Shown in pieces: positions 28,303 through 40,879 of a DNA stretch of 64,000 bases; positions within the stretch are counted from its first letter, which is position 1, and the number at the start of each line of letters is the position of its first letter. The translations under genes were made by a program, and so were the position numbers. The notes beneath the pieces were generated by a model. The model was not told where the DNA came from and made no database searches. It saw only the letters and a program-made list of their open reading frames with translations. This DNA comes from Eledone cirrhosa (taxonomy: Eukaryota): assembly GCA_964016885.1 (NCBI GenBank), contig OZ024745.1, positions 95,790,001 through 95,854,000 of the forward strand, written 5' to 3'.

Positions 28303-28481
28303 TAATTGTTTCTACTTTTGGCACAAGGCCAGCAATTATCCCAGTGCATTACTGGTACTTTATTTTATCGACCCTGTAAGGATGAAAGGCAAGTTAACCT
28401 CAGCAGGATTTGAACTCAGACCATAAAGGGGTGTAACTCTATGATGGAAAGCATGGCATCCGACCCTCTACCAATACTGCC
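28303..28481 (-). mobile_element. Meta-like SINE
   Basis: Family homology. Confidence 0.85.
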
Positions 28482-28670
28482 ATGATGATGATGATGATAG
28501 TAATACAAATGCAAGGATACATTATCACAAATTTATTCATCTCTTGTGTATTATATGACCGAAAGTTTTTCTCAGAAAACACAAGAAAATCAAACAAATT
28601 TTGAAAAATATGAGTTACTAAAGAACTTGAAAATGTCAGACATTAGTAAAATGAATTATTATTTATCATT

Positions 28671-28855
28671 GTGGATTGGCAGTATCGGTAGAGGGTCGGA
28701 CGTCATGCTTTCCAGCATAGTTACGTCCCTTTACGATCTGAGTTCAAATCCCGCCGAGGTTGACTTTGCCTTTCATCCTTACGGGGTCGATAAAATAAAG
28801 TACCAGTAATGCACTGGATAATTGCTGGCCTTGTGCCTAAAGTAGAAACAATTAT
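28671..28855 (+). mobile_element. Meta-like SINE
   Basis: Family homology; forms an inverted pair with 28303-28481. Confidence 0.85.
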
Positions 28856-30598
28856 TTATGATTGGAGAATATAGCCAAATTTGTAGATGCAATACTAATG
28901 CCAATCATTCTAGCTCTCACAATTGCTGCATTTATAACTCATCAAGAATGACTGTCATACTGAAACTCTATTTATTTAACTACATATTAAAAATATACAG
29001 CTATAACAAAACATACAAAAATAATATGAAACCTATGATTTACTGCATTTCAAATAGTGCTTCTCTTTTTTTGTTGTTGTTGTTGCTTTATTCTTAGAAC
29101 TAAAGTGTAAAATAAAAAGATAAATAATTTGAATGAAGAAATAAATGTCGATAGTGAACTTCAAGAAGCAATTTGGTAGTCTTCGAATACAGACAGATTT
29201 CATGAACCTTGCTGACAAGCAATGTCGCTGTCTGGAAGAATATGTCAATAATATGACAAAATTCTGCTAAATTTTATGATGTTTTTAGAGTTCCAGAATT
29301 TGTTGAGTGTAACAAAATTTGTTGAGAAACTATTTATGCTATGGAAAATAACTCAGAGTAAGTTATGGTCGAGATAGTGGTCGAGATAGTGGTGACAATA
29401 ATGATACGGGTAAATGAAGGAAGAGAGAGTGTGTGTGTATATAAAATATATACAGAGAGAGTAGAAGATAGAAATAGACAGAGAAGTGGTGATGTTTGTT
29501 TATTATAGCAGTTATGTTGCTTACTATAGGGGACAAAAAACTATCACCCATGAGACAAATCTGTCCCATAGCTTCATTTCATCGAGCCTCAGGGACTTTG
29601 TTAAATATAGGACATTGTATACATATTTTTCTGTTTTCCTTATCAATCTTTAACAAACAATAAAATTTGATACTCAATCTGTTATCATCATCATCATTAC
29701 CATTTTAATGTCTACTTTCCCTCTTAGCAAGAGTTGGGCCAGTCTACATAGACCAGGTCAGTACTAAAGCTACTGACATCCTAGACAAACTAAGGGCCTG
29801 TTATTTCACATATGTACGGTCTCACATTCTACCAAATGCACAGGGGATGTTGTCATGTCTTTGACACAACTGAGGGTCCATCCAACCCTTTGTTTGGCCA
29901 GCTTTCTATGGCTGGATGCCTTCCCTATCACAAAAAAGTGGTATTTTTTCATTGGTAGAATAAAACAAACAGAAACAATAATAGTTTTTCCAGACATGGG
30001 ATTTTAAAAGGTAAATGGAACAATAGAGTCTAACAGTGTGTCGTATACTGCTGTAATATAGTCTACATAAATCACCAATTCTATTACAGAAATGGTACAG
30101 AATTTTTCTGATGAACCTTTATTGGTAGCTGTTCTACCACTAACATATATTTTTATATGACATTACAAAAAGGGATATCAAATTAAAACAATGCAGTACA
30201 CTCTGTAAAGTAACTAGGGCATCCATCTATAGAAAATCTGCCAAGACATGACTACCCCTTCACCTAGTGTTGGTGCCACAATAAAATGCATGTGGTAGAG
30301 TGCATGAACATATGTAAGTGTGATGTGGGTCCCCAGCCCATCTGAGCATTTGTTAGAGTGTGTGAGCATAGCCAAGCAAGATGCAGGCCTCAAGTCTATC
30401 TGAGTGGTCAATAGTTCTGCTTGAGTAATCACTTCTTCATATCCTGACCAGCCAAATCCTTGCTAGCAGGAAGAACTGACATTGAGTGATGATATACATA
30501 TATATTATAAGGATGTTCTGCCTGATAGTTAAGCTCCTACCATTTTATTTACAATAGAATCTCTATAATAATTTTGACACTCTAGTTTTCTTAAGTAT

Positions 30599-31082
30599 AC
30601 TAGCAGAAAACCACCCGACGGGTGGTTTTCTGCTAGCATGTGTAGTGTGCATATTGATATTATACGCAAGTATATATGCATGTAGATATGATACATCAAA
30701 TAAAATCGTAATTGAGAATATACACAGAAATTGAAGGAAGACTGCGTTACACTCTTATGTAATCAGTAACATAATCCATGTACAGTAAAAAAAGACGATG
30801 TTATATATAAACTGCATTAGGAGAAAATTAGTGACGGAAATATATGAATGTTTATTTAAGCGATCGCTAACCGGAAGTGTTGACATTTGAAGATTTTAAA
30901 GAAGTGAATCTTAAAATAAGCAATAAAATATATTTAATCAAAAGCTACGAAATTTAGCAGATAAATTATGTAATATTCATTCATTATTTATTCAAAGTAA
31001 TCCAAGTTATTTTACAAACGGGATAAAAAATTATATTCTGGATGTAGTCCGGGGCTCCTTTCTTTATTATAGTTTAGATAGT
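30599..31082 (+). mobile_element. Helitron-like (HINE-type) non-autonomous element
   Basis: Starts ACTAGCAG with a perfect 18+1+18 palindrome (30600-30636); ends TTTATTATAGTTTAGATAG; second copy at 25790-26942. Class assignment is inference. Confidence 0.55.
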
Positions 31083-31136
31083 ATCCCCTTCTTTTTCTCT
31101 GTATGTATGTATATATATATATATGTATATATATAC

Positions 31137-33610
31137 GACAGTAAAGAAGAACAGATAGAGACATTCAATGTAGAAGAGCACTGGGAGTTCCTAAAAAATA
31201 ACTTACTAGAGGCGACAGATGAGGTCTGTGGCTGGAGTAAGACCACAAGCAGGAGGAGAGTGACTTGGTGGTGGAGCAATAAGGTAGATGAGGCAGTTAG
31301 GGCCAAGAGACAGGCATGGAAAGAATGGAAGAATGGGGGGAGCAGGGTACATTACATAGAGACCAAGAGGGAAGCTAGGCGACAAGTATACTTAGCTAGG
31401 AGGGAAGCAGAGGATAGAAAATTCAAGCATGTTTTACAACGTGAGGACCAGAAACAGGAGGTGTTCAAGATTGCGAGGCAGTGTGTCAGAGAGAATTGTG
31501 ATGTCATTGGAGAGAAGTGTATCCGGAATGATAAAGGTGAGCTTGCCCTCACAAGTGCTGAGAAGAAAGATGCATGGAAGAGTCATTATGATAGATTACT
31601 AAATGAGGAGAATGCATGGGAAGAAGAGACCCTACCCCAAGTAAACCCTATAGAGGGGCCAGCAGTACAAGTCAGCAGCAGCGTAGTAAGTAAGGCAATC
31701 AAAGATATGAAGATAGGGAAGGCAACCGTCCATCGGGTATAGCTGCCGAGATGCTGAAGGCATCTGGGTCTGTAGGTCACACTATAACCACATGTATTGT
31801 TAACCAGGTAATACTAGAAGGTGTCATACCAAAAGATTGGTGCAATAGCATCATTGTCAACTGCTACAAAGGTAAAGGTGATGCACTCAATAGAGGAAAC
31901 TATAGAGGTATAAAGCTGATGGACCAGGTCATGAAAGTAACAGAAAGAGTTATAGCACAGTTGATTAGGGACCGAGTGAAACTAGATGAGATGCAATTTG
32001 GGTTTGTACCAGGAAGAGGCACCACTGATGCCCTCTTCCTTGTGAGGCAGTTACAGGAAAAGTACCTAGCTAAAAGTAAGCCACTCTACCTGGCATTCGT
32101 CGATCTCGAGAAAGCCTTTGACAGAGTTCCACGTGCTGTAATCTGGTGGGCTCTTAGAAAACTAGGAGTAGATGAATGGCTTGTGAAAGCTGTACAAGCC
32201 ATGTATAGGGGAGCAGTCAGCAAAGTTAGGATTAGCAATGAGTATAGCGAGGAATTTAGCGTACAGGTTGGGGTCCACCAGGGCTCTGTTCTTAGCCCTC
32301 TCCTGTTCATCATAGTCCTGCAGGCAATAACGGAGGAGTTTAAGACCGGATGCCCATGGGAACTCCTGTATGCTGATGACCTCGCACTTATAGCTGAATC
32401 TATGGTAGAACTAGAGAATAAATTCCAAAATTGGAAGCAGGGACTAGAAAGAAAGGGTCTCAAAGTCAACATGACAAAGACTAAGGTCCTTGTAAGTAGA
32501 CATGAAAACAGAACCCAGAAATGGTCTTGCTCAGTATGTAGGAAAGGTGTAGGTAGGAACTCCATTCTCTGCCCCAAATGCAAACAATGGGTACACAAGA
32601 GATGCAGCGGGATCTCAGGAAGCTTAATTAAGAATGTAGGCTTCACATGCAGCAGCTGTACTGGGACAACAGCCACAGGAAACAAGTACCACCAATCTCT
32701 GGGAGGGCTCTGTAGAGACAGTAGACAGCTTCTGCTACCTAGGTGACCGAATTAGCAGCGGAGGTGGGTGTTCAGAAAGTACAATAACTAGGGTAAGAAC
32801 GAGATGGAAGAAGTTCAGGCAACTACTACCACTGCTAGCTGCAAAAGGCTTCTCCCTCAAATGAAAGGCAGACTGTATGATGCGTGTATCCGAACAGCAA
32901 TGTTACATGGTAGTGAGACCTGGGCGCTGAAGGTGGAAGACTTACGTAGATTAGAGAGAAACGAAGCATGCATGCTCTGATGGATGTGTAATAGTAATAT
33001 ACGCGAACGACAAAGCATAAATGAATTGAGAGAGAGACTGAACATAAGAGGAGTCAAATGCTGTGTGCAGGAGGCGGATGCGTTGGTATGGACATGTGAT
33101 GCGTATGAAGGATGACAGCTGCATAAAAAGGTGCAGAGCACTAGAAGTCGATGGAAACAGCGGAGTGGGGAGACCCAAGATGACCTGGGATGAGGTGATA
33201 AAAGCCGACCTTACCCAATTACACCTCTCAAAGGCGATGACACACGACCGTGACCTCTGGCGTCACGCAGTAATACAGAGTACCTGACCTCCCATGGGTA
33301 CAAGCTGAAGCATATAGACAATATGCCCCCACACCCTCCCACTGCAAGGTGGTCGTGGAGGTGCCACGGCAAAAAAGCACCCAGCCCACACTGTAAAGTG
33401 GACGTGTAGGCGCCACGAAAAAGCACCCAGCACTCAATGTAAATGAGGTTGGTGTTAGGAAGTGCATCCAGCTGTAGAAATCAAGCCAAATCAGTTCCTG
33501 TATGAGCAAGGCATGGTCAGCCGACCAGACACTGCCCACAACAGGACAACCCGTCTAACCCATGCTAGCGTGGAAGAACGGACGTAAAACGGTGATGATG
33601 ATGATGATGA
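31137..33610 (+). pseudogene. RTE-clade non-LTR retrotransposon (family A), 5'-truncated, frameshifted RT ORF + 3'UTR
   Basis: NYRGIKL, QFGFVPGRGTTDA, AFVDLEKAFD, GVHQGSVLSPLLF, YADD (32369-32380), HGSETW, RWYGHVMR, GRPKMTW; no APE domain; frameshifts near 31728, 32690, 32860 and 33070; (GAT)n tail. Confidence 0.95.
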
Positions 33611-33629
33611 ATATATATATATATATATA

Positions 33630-33860
33630 TAGTTATGTAATAAACAACATAAGATAATTAATTTATTTACCAGTGGTTTCTTGAAGACAGATATTTATAT
33701 CTGTCTTCAGTCGTCAGTTATTCATTCTGACGTCTGAAGACAAATATAAATATGTCTTCAAGAAACCACTGGTAAATGAATTAATTATCTTATGTTGTTT
33801 ATCACATAACTAAAAAGCTCTTTAGCCTACATAGAGCACTCTCTTTTCCTTTAGCTTTCC
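33630..33860 (+). mobile_element. Fold-back PLE-like element with hammerhead motif
   Basis: Arms 33630-33717 / 33727-33812; + strand UUCAUU-CUGACG(U)-stem II-GAAACCACUGGUA-AAUGAA (33721-33780); minus arm retains CUGACGA. Confidence 0.7.
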
Positions 33861-33889
33861 TATGGAAATACTTCATTTATATATATATA

Positions 33890-33932
<43 letters not shown>

Positions 33933-33934
<2 letters not shown>

Positions 33935-34137
33935 CGAAGGAGTTATGGTAAGGAACCAGATGGACCATAACGCACCAGAGTACTCAATACTTAGGGTAGT
34001 AGAGTGGGTAATAGGAAAATGTATGACCCCGACGGCAGAGCTCAAGCCGTTTAGACGGCTATTTCTGGACTACTATTAGTCCAGAAATAGTTGTCAAAAC
34101 GGCTTGAGCTCTGCCGTCGGGGTCATACATTTTCCTA
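33933..34137 (-). mobile_element. Fold-back PLE-like element, family P1 (copy 4)
   Basis: Palindrome centred on CTGGACTA-CTAT-TAGTCCAG; in (TA)n. Confidence 0.75.
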
Positions 34138-35224
34138 TATATATATATATATATATATAAATGAAAAGTATAGAAATTATTGTAGCAAGAAGCCAACAGT
34201 ATTCCATAATATATATATAGTGACTATAGCATCACTATATATATATATATAAGTAGAGTCAAAGTCAGTGTTGCAGCATATGTACAAACTTTAATGGCAT
34301 ATTACAATTGTTTCAATATCGATCAGATCAAAATACAATCAAAGTAACAGGTCCAACACATCTAAACTGTTGACAGAGTTCCCGAGATCCCCTTATATAG
34401 ACTTATCAGTGGGTTTTTAGGGGGTGGAGGAGTAGGTAAATGAATAACTGTAGATATATATTTAAAGACCATATATATATATGTGTGTGTGGCTTTTAAA
34501 TATATATCTACAGTTATTCATTCCAACAACAATCTCTCCCTACTCACTAATATATATATATATAAAGTGAGTAGGGAGAGAATGTTGTTGCTCATATATT
34601 CACTTTATATACAATGTAGAAAATCAATTGATAATATATTGTAAGCATATGGCTGTCTGATCATACAGAAAATCTGTGTATTAATCCATCAAACTTGACT
34701 GTAGCTATAATTGAAATCAGGTTTTGGTTACCCCATGGTTCCATTTGTGCATTAAAAAATTGTGCCTTTCTTTCCAACAAATCATTCACAATGGAAGCTA
34801 TATACTATTTTCTTCCAGCTGTGTTAACCTTCAACTCATCAAATTTAAAACAATAGATGTAATGCCATAGTTCCTTTACTAAGACATTCACACACATTCC
34901 ACTTAGTTCTACAATAGCCCTGAGCCTTAACTAACTTTACAAATCAATACGAGTGAAATTCAAAACTAAAACGTTCTGTACAGCAAATAACTGAAGACTA
35001 CATCTGCTCCAGTACCTCTTCGTTTCTATGAAAATTCTAAATGAACAGATGGAAACACATTGATGTTTCAATCATAGTTAAAATAAAATACTGAGGAGCA
35101 GAAACAAAGCATTATTATTTTTATTTTTGAATTTTTTTCATATTAATTATTGTTATGGCAACAATGGAGACAAATGAAATTCAAATCCCACATATACAAG
35201 TTCAAAGAACCAACAGATTAGAAT

Positions 35225-35447
35225 AATGGTTTCTGATTTAGGCACAAAGCCAGCAATTTTTGGGGGGTGAGGGGAAAGTCGATTAAAACGACCTCAGTAC
35301 ATGACTGGTACTTTATTTTATCCACCCCCGTAAGGATGAAAGGTAAAGCTAACCTCGGCAGGACTTGAACTAAAAACATAAAGGGCTATAACTCTATGCT
35401 GCAAAGCATGTTGTCCGGCACTCTACTGATTCTGCCAATCCACCGCC
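35225..35447 (-). mobile_element. Meta-like SINE, longer-tail subfamily
   Basis: Family homology with an extra GGGGAAAGTCGATTAAAACGACC segment. Confidence 0.8.
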
Positions 35448-36189
35448 CTAACGGATTAGAATAATAACAGTAAATTACTTATGGTTTTATTTGAAGTTTT
35501 CTGCAATCTGTATGCACCTTATCTCTATCTGGAGGTTATATATTATAAACATTTTTTTTTAAATGAAGAATTTCTAAAAATCATATGAAAAAGTGAAAGA
35601 AAAAAATAAGATATAAACTAGAAGAGATTATATAATAAAGATAAAAATGTAGACCCTTAGTTATTTTTAAAGAAATATAAATACATCATGTTTATTCATT
35701 ATCATTTTACGTACATTTACAATATGCTAAATATTTTGAATTGGTTTTGTGGGAAAAGGTGTGACTTATAAACAAGCATAAATAGTGTGCACCAACAGAC
35801 GTAGCTACTCCTTAAACTTTTCCCAGTCTGTTATATCCTAACTGCTATACTTTCAGAGCACCCACCTCCACTGCTAATTAGGTCACATGAGTAACAGAAA
35901 CTATCAACTACTTCTATGGTAACTTCTTGAGATTGGAAAAGGTTTATTTCACTGCTGCTCTTACTACCCACTATCTCTATACATCTGAATTTTCTGTTAA
36001 TCTACTGAAAATCTTGCTACACCTCGTATATTGTGTTACATCATATAGAAATCCCACCGATTCCTTTTCTACATATCAAACACAACCCCTTCTCTGATGG
36101 AATCAGAATCCTGTCCTTTTTTTTATTTACTTTGAGACCTTTTGATTTTAAGTTCAGTTTCCACAACAGGAATTTCCTCTGAAGCTCTT

Positions 36190-36630
36190 CCACAGAAACT
36201 CCTCTGTTATGGCCAGGTTAACTATAATAAACAGGAGGGGACTGAAGATTGAGCCTTAATGAACACTCAACTGCATGTTGAATCCCTCACTAAACTCATT
36301 ACCTATTCTCACTTTACTGAAAGCATAACTGCACATAGCTTGTGCTGCTCTGACAAGCGATTCATCTACAGCCAGTTTCTTTAAAGACCACCAAATCATG
36401 GCATTCTCTCAAAGACCTTTTCCAGATCAATGAAAGCTAAGTATAGCAGCTTACATTTAGCTAGCAACATCTCTTGTAGTTGTCTCACTAAAAAGAAGGC
36501 ATCTGTGGTGCCCCTTTCTGGCACATAACCAAACCTGCATTTCATCTAATTTTACACTTTCCATAATTATTTGTGCTACCACTCTTTCAGTCACTTTCAT
36601 AACTTGACCCATCAATTATATGCCTCTGAT
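36190..36630 (-). pseudogene. Degenerate RTE RT fragment
   Basis: Reverse complement homologous to about 31905-32350 (MGQVMKVTERVVAQ, GTTDAFFLVRQLQE, YLAFIDLEK). Confidence 0.85.
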
Positions 36631-36966
36631 ATATATATAGATGTGTATGATAACGTTATATCTGTATATATACAGTGTGTAACCGAGACTGTACCAGCAT
36701 GTATAAATATATACACATATCTAATATGTAGGCATGTAAACATCCCAGAAAATACCAATTTCTTGGTAAATTGAAAAAATGATTAACATCTTTAATCAAT
36801 TCTTTTGATTTGATTGGACCCTTATCAGAAGATGTGTACATCATCCAATCAACCATAAGGAAACATGTATTTGATGGGTATATATACCCATTATGATGAG
36901 TGCCAAGTAAGATCCAAAAAATATATTTATACATGTTGGTGTATATAAATTTATACAGATATAACC

Positions 36967-36997
<31 letters not shown>

Positions 36998-37347
36998 CGT
37001 TTGTGTGAGTGTATGTGTGAGTGTGTGTGTTTGTGTGAGTGTGTGGGTATGTATGTGTGTGTGTGTAGCAAGAATGTCCATGGGAAGGAATAAAGAAAAA
37101 AAAGTACTCAAATTATTGCAAGAGAGCTAATTTATTATCTATGTAACATATATTGTGGTACCTTAGGTTTCAAGGTCTGGGTGTGGTCATAACTGCAGAC
37201 TTTAGGGTCAATATAAAACATAGACTTCTGTCTTCAGGAAGTTAAATGTTAAACTATATATATATATAGTTTATATCAATTACACACTGTTTTTATACAG
37301 ATATAACTTGAATACATATATTTATACACACACATATACACACACAT

Positions 37348-37425
<78 letters not shown>

Positions 37426-37658
37426 ACCCACACATATATACCGTATTTTATGGCATATAAGACTCCCTTTTTATCCCCCAAAAGGATTAAAAATTATCTT
37501 AAAATAATCAATGTTAAGGTATCAGGTAGAGTAATGTGTTTTATTTTTAAATATTCCCTGCTGAAATATATATATATATATTTGCCTGGAGGTCCTATAT
37601 GCTATCAAATATGGTACATAAGATATAATTTTGACATATCCTATGGTGAGGTATTATT

Positions 37659-37764
37659 TGCCGAGGTTGACTTTGCCTTTCATCCTTACGGGGGTCGATA
37701 AAATAAAGTACCAGTAATGCACTGGGTAATTGCTGGCCTTGTGCCTAAAGTAGAAACAATTATT
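37659..37764 (+). mobile_element. Meta-like SINE 3' half
   Basis: Family homology. Confidence 0.8.
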
Positions 37765-38839
37765 TAATACACCTTGCAGGTCCCAAGGACATTAGCAGTG
37801 TAACTGAAGTACAAGAGCACTATATATTTGATGACTTCCTCCTTTATAAAACACTGTTTACAACCAGGCATCAGTTTCGGTTCTCACTGACACAAAACAC
37901 ACACACAGACATGAACAAATGAGAAAATAAATATTTTATTGATTCAAAAGCTTCTTTATTTTAAATTAAAAAACAAAACTAAATAAAAAGGAGAACAGTG
38001 CATTTTCTAAAGTAAAAATAAAGTAACTATATACAATATAATCCTTTAGTTCTATTTTCATATTTTGTTCTATATTTAGTTTAAAATATCACAAGAACTG
38101 CTGTAGAATTTAACACTACCTATCCTAAAATTATCTAGTATTTGATTTTCTCACTATATTTTTATATATCAACCACAATCTTTGTATATTTACATTCTAA
38201 ATTACGAGTTATTATAGAAAAATAACAAAAAGGATTTTTGAAGGATAAAATATAAAATATAAAAAAATATAAAGAAATGAAATAACAGGAAAAAAAAATC
38301 ATTCAAAGCTTCGATTTCTTTCAATTTTATTTTGTTTATTTATCTTTGTTGTTTGTGTTTTGTAAGTACATCTATGTGTGAATCACTGGATATATGAGAC
38401 TAATAAACAAAGTAGTTGCTAGTGAGAACTAATGGTGCGAATCAATGATAACAGGAAGTTTATTATATATATATATCATCAATGTGAATGTAGTGTGGTC
38501 ATAATTATAACATTATAATCATTTATCAACAGCAGACAAGCAATCTCAATAGAATGGCGTTGTCCAATATATAGATCATTACTGATGACTGTGGTCAATA
38601 AAATAATAGAAGATAATCTATTTTTCACTTGAGTCTTTTAATGACATAAAATTCTTGTGGGGGCAACATAAACAGATGAACAATAGATGATCATATCCAA
38701 GAGAAATTTATGTATTATTTTCTCTTCTGAAGAGGAATCAGATGAATTAATCATTAAGAGTATAAGAAATTCTTATTTTGATGCAAAACATTAATACTAG
38801 ATGACAATGACATGATGTAAAACATTGTATAATTCATAT

Positions 38840-39118
38840 ATCATCATCATCATTTAACATCCATTTTCCATGCTAGCATGGGTAGGACAGGCTGTCCTGT
38901 TGTGAGAGATCAGGTCAAAGGACTGTGTTTCACTCACACAGAACTGATTTTGGCTTGGTTTCTATGGCTGAATGCCCTTCCTAATGCCAACCACATTTAC
39001 AGTGAGTACTGGGTGCTCTTTGTTGTGACACCTACAGGACCACTTTACAATATGGGCTGGCACTTTTGTCATGACACCTACAGGACCACTTTATAGTGTG
39101 GACTGGGCACTTTTGTTG
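38840..39118 (-). mobile_element. RTE-A-like 3'UTR/tail, diverged
   Basis: CCATGCTAGCATGG hairpin, ATGCCCTTCCTAATGCCAACC, internal ~45-bp repeats. Confidence 0.75.
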
Positions 39119-39421
39119 TTACTCCAGGGGAACCACCTTATTGTGTGAGTTGGGGACTTGGGTGGGATGGGGGTGAGAAGATGCCTGGGGAATTGAGGAC
39201 ATAGGTATAAAGGTGGCACGATTACAGCAATATATAGATGTGTGTATGTGTGTGTATGTATGTGTGTAATATATAGATATAGATATGTACATGTCTGTAT
39301 GCATATATACGTGTGTGCATGTGTAATGCATATATCATTATCACTGTTTATTGTCTATTTCCTATGTCATGTGCTGAGGCCAGACTTATCAGACTGCTTA
39401 TATGCTCTGTGTTGGTTTGGT

Positions 39422-40879
39422 TTCTATGGCTGGACGCTCTTCCTAATGTCAACACACTTTACAGTGTGCACTGGGAGTAAGGCTTCTATGGGTGGACGCT
39501 CTTCCTAATGTCAACACACTTTACAGTGTGCACTGGGAGTAAGGCTTCTATGGCTGGACGCTCTTCCTAATGTCAACACACTTTACAGTGTGCACTGGGA
39601 GTAAGGCTTCTATGGCTGGACGCTCTTCCTAATGTCAACACACTTTACAGTGTGCACTGGGAGTAAGGCTTCTATGGCTGGACGTTCTTCCTAATGTCAA
39701 CACACTTTACAGTGTGCACTGGGAGTAAGGCTTCTATGGCTGGACGCTCTTCCTAATGTCAACACACTTTACAGTGTGCACTGGGAGTAAGGCTTCTATG
39801 GCTGGACGCTCTTCCTAATGTCAACACACTTTACAGTGTGCACTGGGAGTAAGGCTTCTATGGCTGGACGTTCTTCCTAATGTCAACACACTTTACAGTG
39901 TGCACTGGGAGTAAGGCTTCTATGGCTGGACGCTCTTCCTAATGTCAACACACTTTACAGTGTGCACTGGGAGTAAGGCTTCTATGGCTGGACGTTCTTC
40001 CTAATGTCAACACACTTTACAGTGTGCACTGGGAGTAAGGCTTCTATGGCTGGACGCTCTTCCTAATGTCAACACACTTTACAGTGTGCACTGGGAGTAA
40101 GGCTTCTATGGCTGGACGTTCTTCCTAATGTCAACACACTTTACAGTGTGCACTGGGAGTAAGGCTTCTATGGCTGGACGTTCTTCCTCAAAGCAACCAC
40201 TTTACAGTGTGCACTGGGAGTAAGGCTTCTATGGCTGGACGTTCTTCCTCAAAGCAACCACTTTACAGTGTGCACTGGGAGTAAGGCTTCTATGGCTGGA
40301 CGTTCTTCCTCAAAGCAACCACTTTACAGTGTGCACTGGGAGTAAGGCTTCTATGGCTGGACGTTCTTCCTCAAAGCAACCACTTTACAGTGTGCACTGG
40401 GAGTAAGGCTTCTATGGCTGGACGTTCTTCCTCAAAGCAACCACTTTACAGTGTGCACTGGGAGTAAGGCTTCTATGGCTGGACGTTCTTCCTCAAAGCA
40501 ACCACTTTACAGTGTGCACTGGGAGTAAGGCTTCTATGGCTGGACGTTCTTCCTAATGTCAACACACTTTACAGTGTGCACTGGGAGTAAGGCTTCTATG
40601 GCTGGACGTTCTTCCTCAAAGCAACCACTTTACAGTGTGCACTGGGAGTAAGGCTTCTATGGCTGGACGTTCTTCCTCAAAGCAACCACTTTACAGTGTG
40701 CACTGGGAGTAAGGCTTCTATGGCTGGACGTTCTTCCTCAAAGCAACCACTTTACAGTGTGCACTGGGAGTAAGGCTTCTATGGCTGGACGTTCTTCCTC
40801 AAAGCAACCACTTTACAGTGTGCACTGGGAGTAAGGCTTCTATGGCTGGACGTTCTTCCTCAAAGCAACCACTTTACAG
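39422..40879. repeat. Minisatellite, ~24 copies of a 61/62-bp unit derived from SINE/RTE 3'UTR sequence
   Basis: Unit TTCTATGGCTGGACG(C/T)TCTTCCT[AATGTCAACA|CAAAGCAAC]CACTTTACAGTGTGCACTGGGAGTAAGGC; no unique spacers. Confidence 0.95.

Noticed and set aside
32086-32685. Antisense ORFs over RTE elements (also 41638-41961, 61684-62536)
   Set aside because: Shadow frames of RT coding sequence.
34660-34850. Protein-like minus-strand stretch (YIASIVNDLLERKAQFFNAQMEPWGNQ)
   Set aside because: Bounded by stops, no convincing splice sites, no motif I can recognise.
39422-40879. CRISPR-like array near reverse-transcriptase fragments
   Set aside because: No unique spacers, no cas genes, unit derives from SINE/RTE sequence, eukaryotic context; also no CUGANGA core, so not a hammerhead retrozyme array.
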